Shown here piece by piece: positions 54,076-64,000 of a stretch of 64,000 nt of DNA. The notes beneath the pieces were generated by a model. The model made no database searches and was not told the DNA's origin. It worked only from the letters and a program-made list of their open reading frames with translations. How positions within the stretch are numbered: position 1 is the stretch's first letter; every line of letters begins with the position of its first letter. Source of the DNA: a virus (Duplodnaviria; Caudoviricetes); the IMG/VR virus record IMGVR_UViG_3300038530_003247, positions 65,192 to 129,191 of that record. One strand, written 5' to 3'. The position numbers and the translations under genes are program-made.

Positions 54076-57000
54076 ATGCCTCTATCAAGATTAGATAACT
54101 TCCTCAAGAACGTAAGAGGTAACGTAATCTACGTTGCAGGGAATGACTTGGATGCAACCGACGATATTGCTAACCAAGGCAATTCAAGGTCAAGACCCTT
54201 CCTGACAATTCAAAGAGCACTTCTTGAAGCGGTCAGGTTTTCCTATCAGATTGGTCTAAACAATGACAGGTTTGAATACACAACCATTGTTATTGAACCT
54301 GGAGTTTATTTCGTTGATAATAGACCTGGTTGGATTCCTGACGGATCAAACTTCAGACTCAGAAGTGGTGAAGTTACTACCACTTACAGTGATCTGAATT
54401 CAACGTCAAACTTTGACCTGCAAGATCCTAACAACAGACTTTATACTATCAATAGTATCTACGGTGGTGTCATTATTCCTCGTGGATGTACTCTTGTAAG
54501 TATTGATGCGGATAAGACTCAAATTAGACCCCTCTTTGTTCCGAGTACAACGAATGCAGATATTGCACCAACAACTGTCTTTAGAATTACAAGTGGAAGC
54601 ACTATTGATAGTTTGACAATTCTTGATGGTGACCCAACGAGCACTGTTTATACTGATTATACAACCACCCGAGTCAATCCTGACTATTCTCACCACAAAC
54701 TGTCATCTATTGAATATGTGGATGGTGTGAATGATGTGGATATTAAGGATGAGTTTATTGACTATTCTACAAATCGTACAGATTTGCAGATGTATTATGA
54801 GAAGATTTCTATTCTTTATGGTGAGAGTTCCAACAGACCAATCACTCCCACATATCCTGCCGATGGTGTTGATCTCCAACCCCTCAGCAATGAATTTGAA
54901 ATCATCTCCGTAAGTGAAATTTCGGAAACTGGAATTAGCAGCATCAGAGCTGGCGATGGTGTAACTGCAACAACCGCAATTACTGTTAATCTTGACACTC
55001 CAGTTGCTGGAATTGAGATTAATGATCTTATCGAGATTGAAGGTGTTCCCGATTCAACATATAACGGTAGATTTGTTGTAGACAGTGTTCTTGCTCAGAA
55101 TGATGTTGGTGTAACTCAATTCACCTATAATACTCTTTCTGTTCCTAGCAATCCTCTCCCATCACCGTCTGGTTCGGTCTTTACATTATCTGTTGATACC
55201 ATTAATTCTCGAATTCCTGAAATCTCTAAAGTTCATATCAAGTCATCCTATGGTATCTCTGGTCTGTTCTTTGATGGAGATAAGATTGGTGGAACAAAAC
55301 AAACAACGGTAACTGGTTTCGATTACGAATCTTTCCAGAATGATGACAACGCTTTCGTTCGTTACAATACTGTAAGTGGAACATTTGACGATTCAACTTC
55401 TGTAAGTAATCTTCACAGTGATTCTTCTGCAAAGTTCAAACCTGATTTTTATAATTACGGAATCAAAGCAACAAATGATGTTGAACTTGAACTTGACGGT
55501 TGTGCCTTCACTGGTGGATATCAGCACATTTGCTCAGAGAATGGAGCAAGAGTCTTCTCCAGGTCTGCTACCTCTAATTTTGGACAGAGTTCTATGAGGT
55601 CAAGGGGTTTCACCGACTCCTCCACAACAAGAGAAGACACTGGTTATATCTCTCACGTCATCTCTCCAAAATCAAACCTCAGTAATCCCGTCAATCTTGA
55701 GTGGGATCAAATTGATGTTGCCAGAACTGCTGGAATTGGTTCAACCTCCAGACTTTATCTCTACAATGAAACGAACAGATCCATTCCACCTAAGTCAAAA
55801 CTTCAGGGTTACCACATTGGTGCATCAGATAACGATGAGTTGAAGGTCACAATTCAAGAAGAATCTTATCACGCCGATATTGTAATGCCTCCGACTGAAA
55901 AGGATGCAATCAAAATTACTGGAACAAAACGTTATGATGTTGGTAGAAATGTTTCAACAGGAAACAGCATCACTTCAAACACTCTGACACTCACTGGTAA
56001 TCATTCCCTTGAGAATGGTGAGACAATTAGAGTTCTCAGTGACAATGCCAGACTCCCTGATGGTCTTGACTCTGGTTCGATTTATTATTCAATCACATCT
56101 GGTGTAAGTGCTAACCAGTTGAAAATTGCAAAGACTTACAATGATGCACTTCTTGGTGAAGAACTCACAATCAACAACTTGGGTGGAACACTAAGAGTTG
56201 AGAGTCGTGTTTCCGATAAGTCTCCTGGAGACCTTGGTCACCCAGTTCAGTTTGATAGCTCTGTTAGTCAGTGGTTCATTACAGTTGCAGAAAGTGCAAC
56301 AGATAACACAATTTACCACAAGGTTGTTGGTCTTGGAACTGCTGTTCTTGGTGAATCCACCTCAAGAACTCTGTTTGAGAGAACTCCCGACACAAGGTCA
56401 CTTACTGATAGGATTTATAGATATCGTTATGTTGTTCCTGTTTCTTCTGGAATTTCTTCAGCAAAAGTTCCTCATAATGGACAAGTCATCCAATCATCTT
56501 CTGATGTAAGTGGTGCAACTAACGATGAGGTTGCTCTTCTCTATAGTCCCTCTGGCGTCACAATGACCAACGCTGGTGAACTAAGAAACCCAAGTTACAT
56601 CAAAGAGACATCTTACGATGGAACAACTGCTTCTTACTTCACTGAGAGAAGACACAATCTTGCAGTGGGTAACATTGTTAAGATTGACAATGTCATCAGT
56701 ACTAACAACCCTGCTGGTGTTGGTTTCTCTGGTTATAACGGAGAGTTTGCTGTTACTGGAATCACTAGTGCAACTGCCTTCACTGTAGCTCTAGCGGATA
56801 ATCCTGGAACATTCAGTAACAACACTTCTTCAAGAACAACAAGTCTCCCCACCTTCTCTCGTAATGAAGGAAATCACGATTTTTACATCTATAACACACA
56901 AACCATTCAGGACTTTATTCCTGGGTCGAGAGATGGAATTTATTACTTGACTGTTCTTGAGTCGTCAAACACTCCCGTAGTTTCTCCTTTCAATGATAAA

Positions 57001-59904
57001 GATGAGTTCTCCTACAGTTCTCCTGTAAAAAACCTCTATCCTCAAATTGACAGAGATAATCCCACTGATAACCCCTCTTCTGCAAGTCTTTACGCTCTTC
57101 CTTATGAATTGGGAACAGTTGTTATTGATGACCAGAAGAACAGTGTCACCAGAGAGGCAGTTGATAAGTCTTATCTCGACTTTGGTGTTGGAACTGGTGT
57201 TACTGACATCACATCAACAAACGCCAATACTCACACGATCTTCACCAATGTTGAACACGGTCTCAACAGAATCACAACTCTGACCATCACAAATGGTGGT
57301 GCAGGTTATGGTAATGGTGTTGGTGCTGAGAACATCTATAACGCTGGATTGACAACTACGAGTAAGTCAGGAGGAGCAACTGCAAGAATCACAGTTAATG
57401 CTTCTGGAACAATCACCGCAGTTAAGGTGATGGAAGGTGGTTCAGGTTATGCTGTTGGTGACACTCTGGAGGTGACAGGAACAGCAACCACCACTGGTTA
57501 TTCAGTCGCGACACTGACAGTAGCTAATATTTACGATAATACTGGTGACACAGTTAGTGTTGCTGGTGTTGGTTCTGATAGTTATTCAGAGTATAATGGA
57601 CTTTACTCCATCACTGGAATTTCAACTTCAAAAGAAATCTCAGTGACTTCTGTGAAGAGTGTTCCGAACTTCAGCACTTCTGGTGTTGGAGCAACACTCA
57701 CGAGTTCCTCTTATGTTAATCTAACTGGAGTTAGACTGGACATTTCTTCTCTCGTTTACAACAATGTAACTGGATTGGCAACAATCACGACAGTCCAAAA
57801 CCACGGATTGATTGCTGGTAATTCCATTCAGATTGGTGGAGCGAGTGATGACCTTTACAACACACTGGCACCAACGACTGAAATTGTTGGTCTTACAACA
57901 TTCATTGCTAAGATTGGAGTTTCAACTGTCTCCCCTGCAGTTTCTGGAACACTGAGAGGTTACCTCCCAGGACTTGAATCTAGATCTGGTTCCATGAATT
58001 CCGTGAATGAGAACTTGGGTGGAAGAGCGGCGAGCATTTATGATGGTCCAACTGGAATCACAACCACACTCTCTGATGGAATTGCATCTGCTTCTGTAAG
58101 TGACATTGAAATCTCTAACGTTGGGAACTTCAACTTTGAGATTGGTGACTTCCTCCAGATCGATAATGAGTTGTTGAGAATCAAATCAACTGTGACATCA
58201 AACCCGGTCTCTGTGTTTAGAGGTGTTCTCTCAACAGATGCCTCAACTCATGAAATTGGAAGTGTTGTGAGGAAAGTTAGACTTTCTCCTCTGGAATTGA
58301 GAGACCCATCATTGGTGTCCTCCAGTGCTCATGTCTTCAACTCTGTTGGATATGGACCTGGTAATCTTTCAACTTCCGATTCTAAGAATCAAAAGGTTTC
58401 TCTGTCTAATGTTGAACAGAAGAATGCACAGTCAGACAAGACTAACTCTGGTCAGATCGTTTACAATGGAGTCAACGAAAGAGCAGAGTACTTCCTCAAC
58501 AACAGAAAATTTGAAGCTGTAACAGGGAAAGAGATTGTATTTGATGTTCCGGACCCAACAGTAACTGGTGAGGACCCAAGTTCCTTCACAGATGAAGCAA
58601 ATGTCACCAGAATTAGTGCCGGAAGTGGTAACTTTGAAGGTGGAATTAGTGTTGATGGTGGTCCGGAAGAAACAACAATCTCAACCTTTGATGGTCCAGT
58701 TGTCTTCTCTAACAAGGTAACATCCACCTCTGATGAAGGTTTGGAAGCAAACCACATCTTCATTCAAGGTAATTTGGATGTCTCTAGAAAAATTACTGTC
58801 TCCAATAATATCCCAACAGAGGCAGGAAATGTTGGTGACATTGCCTACAATGGATCTCCAGATACTGGTGGAACTCTTGGATGGGTTTATTCTTCTCGGA
58901 ATGAGTGGGTCACATTTGGTAGTGTTGGTCTCAACCCTCAAGGTGATGCACTTCTCACCAGAGTTGGTGTTGCAACAACCGCACTTGATGATGAACTGAC
59001 AGTTCAAGTTGGGTCTGGTTCTTCACTGGTTGCGATTGATTCAACTGGTGTTGGAATTGGAACCACTGCTAACGAAGTGGCACTCAGAGTTGATGGTGAA
59101 GTTTTTGCTAACCTCTTCACTGGTGATGGTTCTGGACTGAGAAACCTCAGTAATGACAGTAAGTGGGCTGGAATTACAACTTATTATCCCATCGGATTGG
59201 CAGGTGTTGGTGTTGGGACGACTGCACCAGATGTGAATTTCTCACTCACAGTTGGTTCACCTGGAACTGGTAAGACTGACCTCTTTGTTCATAACAAGGC
59301 AGTGTTCGCTGGTCAGGTTGAGTTTACGACAGGAAGTGGACTTGAGATCAACACTGGTGTCACAAGTATCAGAACAGTCTACAGATTTGATCATCCCAGT
59401 GGTCAAATCAAAGCTGGAATTGTTACCACAACTTCCCTTGCTGTTAATACTGATACACTTGTTTCTTCTGGCACAAGCATCGGCATTGGAACCACAACAC
59501 CAAATGCAGATTTGGACATTGATGGATCAACAAGACTAAAAACTTATCATGAAATGGTGAAGACAATTTCCAGTAACTCTGGAATTGCAATTGTTGACCT
59601 CGCAGAAGCACAAACATTCGCCATCACCGCGACTGAGGACATCACTGAGTTCACACTCACAAATGTTCCCACAAATTCCACAACAACATTCACTCTGAAA
59701 ATTACAAACGATTCAACAACCGCAAGGTCAATCACTGTTGACAACTTCAAGACCCCTGGTGGTTCTGTGATCAATGTTTTCTGGCCTGGTGGTGTTGTTC
59801 CGACAGTAACAAATAGCACGGGTGCGGTTGACATTTATTCATTCATGACCCTTGATGGTGGATCAACACTCTACGGCGTAATTAACGGACAGAACTTCTC
59901 ATGA
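54076..59904 (+). CDS. Large virion structural protein (tail fibre/baseplate-associated)
   Basis: MPLSRLDNFLKN, RPFLTIQRALLEA; Thr/Ser/Gly-rich beta modules; late promoter CTAAATA 54040-54046. Confidence 0.8.
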   Translation: MPLSRLDNFLKNVRGNVIYVAGNDLDATDDIANQGNSRSRPFLTIQRALLEAVRFSYQIGLNNDRFEYTTIVIEPGVYFVDNRPGWIPDGSNFRLRSGEVTTTYSDLNSTSNFDLQDPNNRLYTINSIYGGVIIPRGCTLVSIDADKTQIRPLFVPSTTNADIAPTTVFRITSGSTIDSLTILDGDPTSTVYTDYTTTRVNPDYSHHKLSSIEYVDGVNDVDIKDEFIDYSTNRTDLQMYYEKISILYGESSNRPITPTYPADGVDLQPLSNEFEIISVSEISETGISSIRAGDGVTATTAITVNLDTPVAGIEINDLIEIEGVPDSTYNGRFVVDSVLAQNDVGVTQFTYNTLSVPSNPLPSPSGSVFTLSVDTINSRIPEISKVHIKSSYGISGLFFDGDKIGGTKQTTVTGFDYESFQNDDNAFVRYNTVSGTFDDSTSVSNLHSDSSAKFKPDFYNYGIKATNDVELELDGCAFTGGYQHICSENGARVFSRSATSNFGQSSMRSRGFTDSSTTREDTGYISHVISPKSNLSNPVNLEWDQIDVARTAGIGSTSRLYLYNETNRSIPPKSKLQGYHIGASDNDELKVTIQEESYHADIVMPPTEKDAIKITGTKRYDVGRNVSTGNSITSNTLTLTGNHSLENGETIRVLSDNARLPDGLDSGSIYYSITSGVSANQLKIAKTYNDALLGEELTINNLGGTLRVESRVSDKSPGDLGHPVQFDSSVSQWFITVAESATDNTIYHKVVGLGTAVLGESTSRTLFERTPDTRSLTDRIYRYRYVVPVSSGISSAKVPHNGQVIQSSSDVSGATNDEVALLYSPSGVTMTNAGELRNPSYIKETSYDGTTASYFTERRHNLAVGNIVKIDNVISTNNPAGVGFSGYNGEFAVTGITSATAFTVALADNPGTFSNNTSSRTTSLPTFSRNEGNHDFYIYNTQTIQDFIPGSRDGIYYLTVLESSNTPVVSPFNDKDEFSYSSPVKNLYPQIDRDNPTDNPSSASLYALPYELGTVVIDDQKNSVTREAVDKSYLDFGVGTGVTDITSTNANTHTIFTNVEHGLNRITTLTITNGGAGYGNGVGAENIYNAGLTTTSKSGGATARITVNASGTITAVKVMEGGSGYAVGDTLEVTGTATTTGYSVATLTVANIYDNTGDTVSVAGVGSDSYSEYNGLYSITGISTSKEISVTSVKSVPNFSTSGVGATLTSSSYVNLTGVRLDISSLVYNNVTGLATITTVQNHGLIAGNSIQIGGASDDLYNTLAPTTEIVGLTTFIAKIGVSTVSPAVSGTLRGYLPGLESRSGSMNSVNENLGGRAASIYDGPTGITTTLSDGIASASVSDIEISNVGNFNFEIGDFLQIDNELLRIKSTVTSNPVSVFRGVLSTDASTHEIGSVVRKVRLSPLELRDPSLVSSSAHVFNSVGYGPGNLSTSDSKNQKVSLSNVEQKNAQSDKTNSGQIVYNGVNERAEYFLNNRKFEAVTGKEIVFDVPDPTVTGEDPSSFTDEANVTRISAGSGNFEGGISVDGGPEETTISTFDGPVVFSNKVTSTSDEGLEANHIFIQGNLDVSRKITVSNNIPTEAGNVGDIAYNGSPDTGGTLGWVYSSRNEWVTFGSVGLNPQGDALLTRVGVATTALDDELTVQVGSGSSLVAIDSTGVGIGTTANEVALRVDGEVFANLFTGDGSGLRNLSNDSKWAGITTYYPIGLAGVGVGTTAPDVNFSLTVGSPGTGKTDLFVHNKAVFAGQVEFTTGSGLEINTGVTSIRTVYRFDHPSGQIKAGIVTTTSLAVNTDTLVSSGTSIGIGTTTPNADLDIDGSTRLKTYHEMVKTISSNSGIAIVDLAEAQTFAITATEDITEFTLTNVPTNSTTTFTLKITNDSTTARSITVDNFKTPGGSVINVFWPGGVVPTVTNSTGAVDIYSFMTLDGGSTLYGVINGQNFS

Positions 59905-61526
59905 GCCCAATCGCTTTTAATGTCTTCAGGGGGTCTCAGACAGATCTCGATCTGAATGGTCCCAGTCTCTCTTTTCTTCAAAATGTGAGTGATGTTGTTG
60001 TTGACAGCACTGGTGGTGGTAATGCCACATTTGTTGGAATTGCAACAGCAACATTTCCTCAATCTGAAAGGGCAAATAATGCAGGAACAATTACTTACCA
60101 GTGGTTTGAACAGAAGGTTGGTGGTGATGTCAGATTGCAAGATGGTGCGAATATTACAGGTTCAGCAACAACAACACTCACTCTGAGTAACATCTTTTCT
60201 TCTGAAAACAATGGAAGAGACTTTTATCAAGAAGTGAGTTACACACCTGGTGGAACAACTGGTAATGCAATCAACGAACCACTCAAGTCTGCAGTTGGTG
60301 AGTTGATTATTATTCCTACACTTTCATTTGTTGAGAATCCAGAACCCATTACTGTTGCCGAACAAGAGATAGCAAGGTTTATCGCTGTCGCTGAAACAAG
60401 CGATGAGAACTTCCTTCCAATCACTTACTTCTGGACAAAGGATGGTGTCCAACTGACCGACAGTACCACTGTTGTTGGTTCTGCAACCACAACTCTTGAG
60501 ATTACACTTGACAGTGTTGGTCTTTCCACAATCCAATGTAACGCTGAAATTCAAGCACAGGACAGAGTTGTAAGTGTTGGAAGTAGTGTTGTTGACCTAA
60601 CAATTAGACAACCAGAAAGTAAGTTGAAATTTGAGGCTTATGACGCAAATGGAAATTATAAGACAATCACTCATGACATCTTGACTGATGGAACATTTAC
60701 TCTCAACAGTGACACCTTTGGAAGTGATTATTCAATCATTCAGTTCACTGCACCTGAACTTGGTTTTGAACAGGTAAGAGTGGATGCATTTGCCGCTGCT
60801 GGAAAAGACAGGTCCATTCATAAAGGTGGTCAGGGTGGAAACTCTAGATTTGACCTTAATCTTGAAACTGATGTTGAGTACACAATCATTGGAATCTCAA
60901 ATAACTCATCAATCTTCATCTATAGACAGGCACAACTCATTGCTGTGATTGGTTCTGGTGGTGATGCTGGTTCTATTGGAGATGGTGGAGATGGTGGTGG
61001 AATTAACATTGATGGTTCAAGAGGAAGTGGAAGACTACCTGGTGCTGGTGGAGTTTCACCCAATCCTGGAACATTGGAGTTGAACGGTGTGTTTGGTTCT
61101 CTTCTTGGTTCAAAGACAGACAGTATCACAACTTATATTGGTGACTCCATTGCATCAGGAAATTCTGGTGGAAGAACAATTTCTTGTACCAAAGGTTCTT
61201 ATTGGACTGACCTTGGAGTCTCCCCATGTTCCAACAACTCCACAAATAAAATCAAGTTCATCACCGCCAATGGAGAAGAGATTGTTGACAGCATCAAAAT
61301 CTTTAGAGGATTTAAGCCAGGTTATACAATCAGCGACACCCGTGGTCTTGGAGTCAATGATGGTGGAAATGGAGGAGGTGGTGCTACTGGTGGAGACGGT
61401 GGTTTTAATGGTTCTGGTGGTGGCGGTGGAAGTGGATATTCCAATGGAACATTCAATCTCCAGGAGTCAAGAAGAGGTGGCAATAACACAACCAACTCCT
61501 TTATGACCTTTAGGATTCCTGTTTGA
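59901..61526 (+). CDS. Virion protein with Ig-like domains and Gly-rich C-terminus
   Basis: TYQW...GSATTTLTL twice; GGxGGG repeats. Confidence 0.7.
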   Translation: MSPIAFNVFRGSQTDLDLNGPSLSFLQNVSDVVVDSTGGGNATFVGIATATFPQSERANNAGTITYQWFEQKVGGDVRLQDGANITGSATTTLTLSNIFSSENNGRDFYQEVSYTPGGTTGNAINEPLKSAVGELIIIPTLSFVENPEPITVAEQEIARFIAVAETSDENFLPITYFWTKDGVQLTDSTTVVGSATTTLEITLDSVGLSTIQCNAEIQAQDRVVSVGSSVVDLTIRQPESKLKFEAYDANGNYKTITHDILTDGTFTLNSDTFGSDYSIIQFTAPELGFEQVRVDAFAAAGKDRSIHKGGQGGNSRFDLNLETDVEYTIIGISNNSSIFIYRQAQLIAVIGSGGDAGSIGDGGDGGGINIDGSRGSGRLPGAGGVSPNPGTLELNGVFGSLLGSKTDSITTYIGDSIASGNSGGRTISCTKGSYWTDLGVSPCSNNSTNKIKFITANGEEIVDSIKIFRGFKPGYTISDTRGLGVNDGGNGGGGATGGDGGFNGSGGGGGSGYSNGTFNLQESRRGGNNTTNSFMTFRIPV

Positions 61527-61576
61527 GTCTAAATAAAGATAACAGTTTTGCGGTGGATAATGAAACCGCTAATTAA

Positions 61577-64000
61577 ATGGCAGAAAAGTCTTTTGTTGTA
61601 AGAAAGGGTCTTGAAGTTGCAGAAACTCTCATCTTTACCAATGATGAGATTGACAGTGTTGGAATTGCGTCCACTCAACCTGGTGGTAAGTTAACAGTCT
61701 CTGGAACCATTGAAGGCGATGGAATTCGTTTGGTTGGTTTCACCACAGCAGAAAGAGGAATAAACATCGGTGTTGGTGGAACAGTTTTATCTGCCGAGAC
61801 AAATACACAAAAGGTTGGAATTAACGAAGCGTCTCCATCATTCCCACTGGAAATCAAGGACCCAACAGGAGTTGGTGGGACAACTTTATTTGTACACGGA
61901 AACATTGGAGTCAGCACTGACCTGATTGTTGATGAGAGGGCAACGATTCAGAGAGACTTGATAGTCAATCGTCACCTTCTTCTCACTGCTGCTGGCATTA
62001 CAACATTGGCAAGTGAGACACATATTACTGGAAATATCACCGCTCACATCAACGCAACCAGCAGTCTTTCTGTCGGTTCCACATCTGACTTCGCTGGAGC
62101 AGTCTCCTTTGCCAGTTCCATTGGTGGTCCACAAGCACACATTGATGACCTGACTGTTAGACGTAACTTGTTTGTCAATGCAACAGGTTTCAGTACCATT
62201 GCAAGTGACCTGAGTGTTACTGGTAATGTCGCAACTCACCTTGGAGTTACCAGCAGTCTTTCCATTGGTTCGACATCTGACTTCACTGGAGCAGTTTCTT
62301 TTGCCAGTTCGATTGGTGGTCCAGAAGCACACATCGATGACCTAACTGTCAGACGCAACTTACTCGTCTCAAGTGCTGGTGTTAGCACCATTGCATCAAA
62401 CATTTCAATCACTGGTGATGTTACAAGTCATCTTAGATCCACCAGCAGTCTTTCCATCGGTTCCACTTCAGATTTCACTGGAGCAATCTCCTGTGCCAGT
62501 TCAATCACCGCTCCCACATTCTTTGGTAATGGTAATGGACTGACAAACATCGATCCAAACCAAGTGAACTTGGATGGTTCCGATCAAAATCTGAATGATC
62601 TAGGAGTGACTGGTGTTGCAACAATCGCCACACTGAATGTCACTGGTGTGGCAACCTTTGCCGGGGATTCGCGGTTTGACTCATCAGGTCGTCTTCTGAT
62701 TGGAACGGACAGCATCATTGACACTGGTAATGGAGTGGGCACACTCCAAGTGTCAGGAAGTTCAGCATCTACAGCAAAAGCTTCTATTGTTAGAACTAAT
62801 GGTACTTCCCATCTCATACTTGCACGTGGAAGTTCCGGAAGTAATGCAACATCCACAATTAGTTCTATTTCATTCAAAGGATACCACACAGATGGATATA
62901 AAACTGCAGCAACGATTTCCGCTGTTGTAGACGGCACTACTGGTGTCAATACGATGCCAGGTCGTTTGATTTTCTCAACTTCTGGACTTGGCACTGATAT
63001 ACCAGAAGAGAGAATGCGCATCAACTCACTCGGCGAGGTGGGAATCGGAACTGCAGATCCAAAGGTTTCACTTCACATTGTTGGTGACTCACAAGTAAGT
63101 GGTTTCGTAAGTGCAACCAATTACTTTGGAGATGGTTCAGCACTCACCAACATTTCAGCATCTGAGGTTGATTTGACTGGAACTTATCAAAACTTCCAAG
63201 GTCTGAACGTTGCTGGTGTTGCCACAATCACAGAGGGATTGCGTTCAGTTGGATTCTCAACCTTCCTTCAGAAGGTCCACCTTCTTGACGATGTTCAACT
63301 TCAAATTGGTGGAGCAGCAGAAGGTGCCACTGGAGACCTGAAGATTTTTCATAGTTCAAATATTAATAGAATTGAAGCAACTCAGCAGCTGTATATAAAG
63401 GGCACAAATATTAATTTGTACAAAGCAGGAAGTTCTGAATTGATGGCATCATTTATACAAGATGGCGCTGTTGAACTTTATTACGATAGCTCTAAGAAAT
63501 TTGAAACTCTCAATGATGGTATTGATGTAACAGGTAATGTTGGGGGTGACACCTTAAACATCTCTGGAGTTGGAACCATCACTGGTGGTTTGGTTGGAAA
63601 TGTTACTGGAAACCTGACTGGTAACGTCACAGGTAATGTGACTGGTAATGTGACTGGTGATGTCACTGGTACTGCAACCAACGCTACTAACGCACAAGTT
63701 GACACTGAATCAAGCACCAACGCAGATCGTTATGTTATTTTTGCTGACGATGGTGGTGGATCTAACAGGAGATTGAAATCTGATGCTGGTATTAGATACA
63801 ATCCATCAACCAACACCCTACAAGTAACAACCGTCAGTGGCAATTTGAGTGGTAATGTCACAGGTGATGTGACTGGAGACCTGACTGGTAACGCAGACAC
63901 AGCGACACTTGCAGCCACATCAACCATTGTTGCAGGTAGTGGTTCTAATCGTTTCATCAATTTCACCGATGGTGGAACAGGAGCACAGGCACTGAAGAGT
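61577..64000 (+). CDS. Tail fibre protein, 3' truncated by window (absent from ORF track because no stop)
   Basis: MAEKSFVVRKGLEV..., VGI.T.P motifs, TGNV/TGDV repeats; start and window end are in the same frame. Confidence 0.82.
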   Translation, partial: MAEKSFVVRKGLEVAETLIFTNDEIDSVGIASTQPGGKLTVSGTIEGDGIRLVGFTTAERGINIGVGGTVLSAETNTQKVGINEASPSFPLEIKDPTGVGGTTLFVHGNIGVSTDLIVDERATIQRDLIVNRHLLLTAAGITTLASETHITGNITAHINATSSLSVGSTSDFAGAVSFASSIGGPQAHIDDLTVRRNLFVNATGFSTIASDLSVTGNVATHLGVTSSLSIGSTSDFTGAVSFASSIGGPEAHIDDLTVRRNLLVSSAGVSTIASNISITGDVTSHLRSTSSLSIGSTSDFTGAISCASSITAPTFFGNGNGLTNIDPNQVNLDGSDQNLNDLGVTGVATIATLNVTGVATFAGDSRFDSSGRLLIGTDSIIDTGNGVGTLQVSGSSASTAKASIVRTNGTSHLILARGSSGSNATSTISSISFKGYHTDGYKTAATISAVVDGTTGVNTMPGRLIFSTSGLGTDIPEERMRINSLGEVGIGTADPKVSLHIVGDSQVSGFVSATNYFGDGSALTNISASEVDLTGTYQNFQGLNVAGVATITEGLRSVGFSTFLQKVHLLDDVQLQIGGAAEGATGDLKIFHSSNINRIEATQQLYIKGTNINLYKAGSSELMASFIQDGAVELYYDSSKKFETLNDGIDVTGNVGGDTLNISGVGTITGGLVGNVTGNLTGNVTGNVTGNVTGDVTGTATNATNAQVDTESSTNADRYVIFADDGGGSNRRLKSDAGIRYNPSTNTLQVTTVSGNLSGNVTGDVTGDLTGNADTATLAATSTIVAGSGSNRFINFTDGGTGAQALKS
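62057..62510 (+). repeat. Three 192-bp (64-aa) tandem units in the tail fibre gene
   Basis: accagcagtcttt recurs at 62057, 62249 and 62441. Confidence 0.88.
63359..63481 (+). repeat. Dispersed repeat shared with 50408-50530
   Basis: 52 bp identical core. Confidence 0.9.

Overview
A 64-kb piece of a T4-like cyanophage (cyanomyovirus) genome. The tRNA set suggests a Synechococcus-type host (inference). Order: (1) nrdA end, nrdB, a GIY-YIG-like gene and two lysozymes; (2) a five-tRNA operon with structured RNAs, including a probable manA motif; (3) petE, talC and small conserved ORFs; (4) a ~14-kb nucleotide-sugar/glycosyltransferase cluster with a heptose-like pathway, a fused TPP enzyme and a peptide deformylase; (5) an outer-membrane protein, pstS, a 2OG-Fe(II) oxygenase, a nucleotidyltransferase fusion, a glutaredoxin and a glutamine-II riboswitch with a YRG-repeat gene; (6) thyX, phoH, exonuclease, gp33, gp59, gp32; (7) a minus-strand gp53/gp48/gp2/gp4 block; (8) baseplate, tail-length and tail-fibre genes running off the end. 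Best leads: a -1 frameshift signal joining gp26 to gp51 just before the tail-length genes (lambda G/GT-like); the non-canonical sugar pathway; orphan small RNAs, two sharing a 10-bp complement; a hairpin/late-promoter translational switch; and a capsid-targeted nucleotidyltransferase polyprotein. All calls come from reading motifs by eye. No searches or folding programs were run.
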